NCBI GenBank assembly: GCA_016700375.1
Contig: CP065016.1
Location: forward strand, 870,001-902,000
Length of the DNA stretch: 32,000 bases
From: Candidatus Saccharimonadota bacterium
Lineage (GTDB): Bacteria > Patescibacteriota > Saccharimonadia > Saccharimonadales > UBA4665
Direction: 5' to 3'
Positions 31,481-32,000 of this stretch are shown here, in pieces; position 1 is the first letter of the stretch, and each line of letters opens with the position of its first letter. Under the pieces are notes generated by a model. That model was not told where the DNA came from. It saw only the letters and a list, made by a program, of their open reading frames with translations, and did not search any database. The translations under genes were made by a program, and so were the position numbers.

Positions 31481-32000
31481 ATGGGTCGAAAGAAAAACAT
31501 TATTACCACAAGTGTACTTATGCTCGCCGTGCTCCTAGTGGCCGCAGCATTCTCATATTTTCAGCTTCGGCCAAAACCAGACGAGGTCTTCTATAACTAC
31601 GTGAAGAAGGGGTTACAGTCGGAAGCATTGTTCCAAAGGCAATCGAGCACCGGAACGGGGATAAAAGAGGTATATGAGGGATATGTAAAACTACCAAGTA
31701 AGGAGCTTCGCTTGCAAAGTAGGGCTACCTGTTCGTCGGACGCGAGCGGTCAAGACATAGAAATCTCGGCTTCGTTTCAACAACAGAACGAAAAGTCGTA
31801 TATTCGACTTGATAAAATTTCAGGCTCGTACACAAATGAAGAAGGCAGCGTATTTGACTTACCAAAACTTTGGGCGCCAGTGTTGGACCAATGGTATGAA
31901 GTTGCAGACCCCGAAGAATCCGTCACCGAACAGCTGGACAATAAAGTCATGGCTTTCAATTCGTCTATCATGGCTCCCTCCTCAAATGTCGACGCTATAG
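31481..32000 (+). CDS. Hypothetical signal-anchored/secreted protein (3' end runs off the window)
   Basis: Absent from the ORF track (no stop in the window). AGGAGG SD at 31471-31476, ATG at 31481: MGRKKNIITTSVLMLAVLLVAAAFSYFQLRPKPDE... Confidence 0.7.
   Translation, partial: MGRKKNIITTSVLMLAVLLVAAAFSYFQLRPKPDEVFYNYVKKGLQSEALFQRQSSTGTGIKEVYEGYVKLPSKELRLQSRATCSSDASGQDIEISASFQQQNEKSYIRLDKISGSYTNEEGSVFDLPKLWAPVLDQWYEVADPEESVTEQLDNKVMAFNSSIMAPSSNVDAI

Overview
Gene-dense chromosomal segment from a small-genome bacterium. The style (a PaaX-like mini-regulator, many apparently leaderless genes, disordered membrane-anchored proteins, ATGA start/stop overlaps, sparse metabolism) fits a Patescibacteria/CPR, Saccharibacteria-like organism, but that is inference only; no search was run. 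Housekeeping genes recognised from the translations: aspS, pyrB, pyrC (convergent with pyrB), an HD-domain hydrolase, a MutY-like glycosylase, tsaC/yrdC, a NUDIX hydrolase, a MurC/Mpl-like ligase coupled to an EEP-family enzyme, two ABC-2 type ATPase/permease pairs, a dus-HAD-dehydrogenase-HAD operon, corA, an FtsB/DivIC-like protein, an MFS transporter, a DsbA-like oxidoreductase (open at the left edge) and two CAT-anticodon tRNAs, one a clear initiator. Accessory or unusual content: (1) a decayed IS1595-family element, and two further genes broken by single-base indels; (2) a family of 34-40 bp perfect palindromes, two of which bracket a PaaX-like regulator gene and overlap its promoter, with a third copy 22 kb away; (3) downstream of tRNA-fMet, a tandem array of ~180-bp units, each ending in the exact 18-nt tRNA 3' end plus its own 18-bp-stem hairpin, with hairpins between units that change sequence but keep pairing; (4) convergent intergenic regions filled by 80-125 nt extended hairpins; (5) a recurrent '-10 hexamer + 6-7 nt + start codon' layout suggesting widespread leaderless transcription. 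No CRISPR array, rRNA or obvious defence or secretion system was seen.
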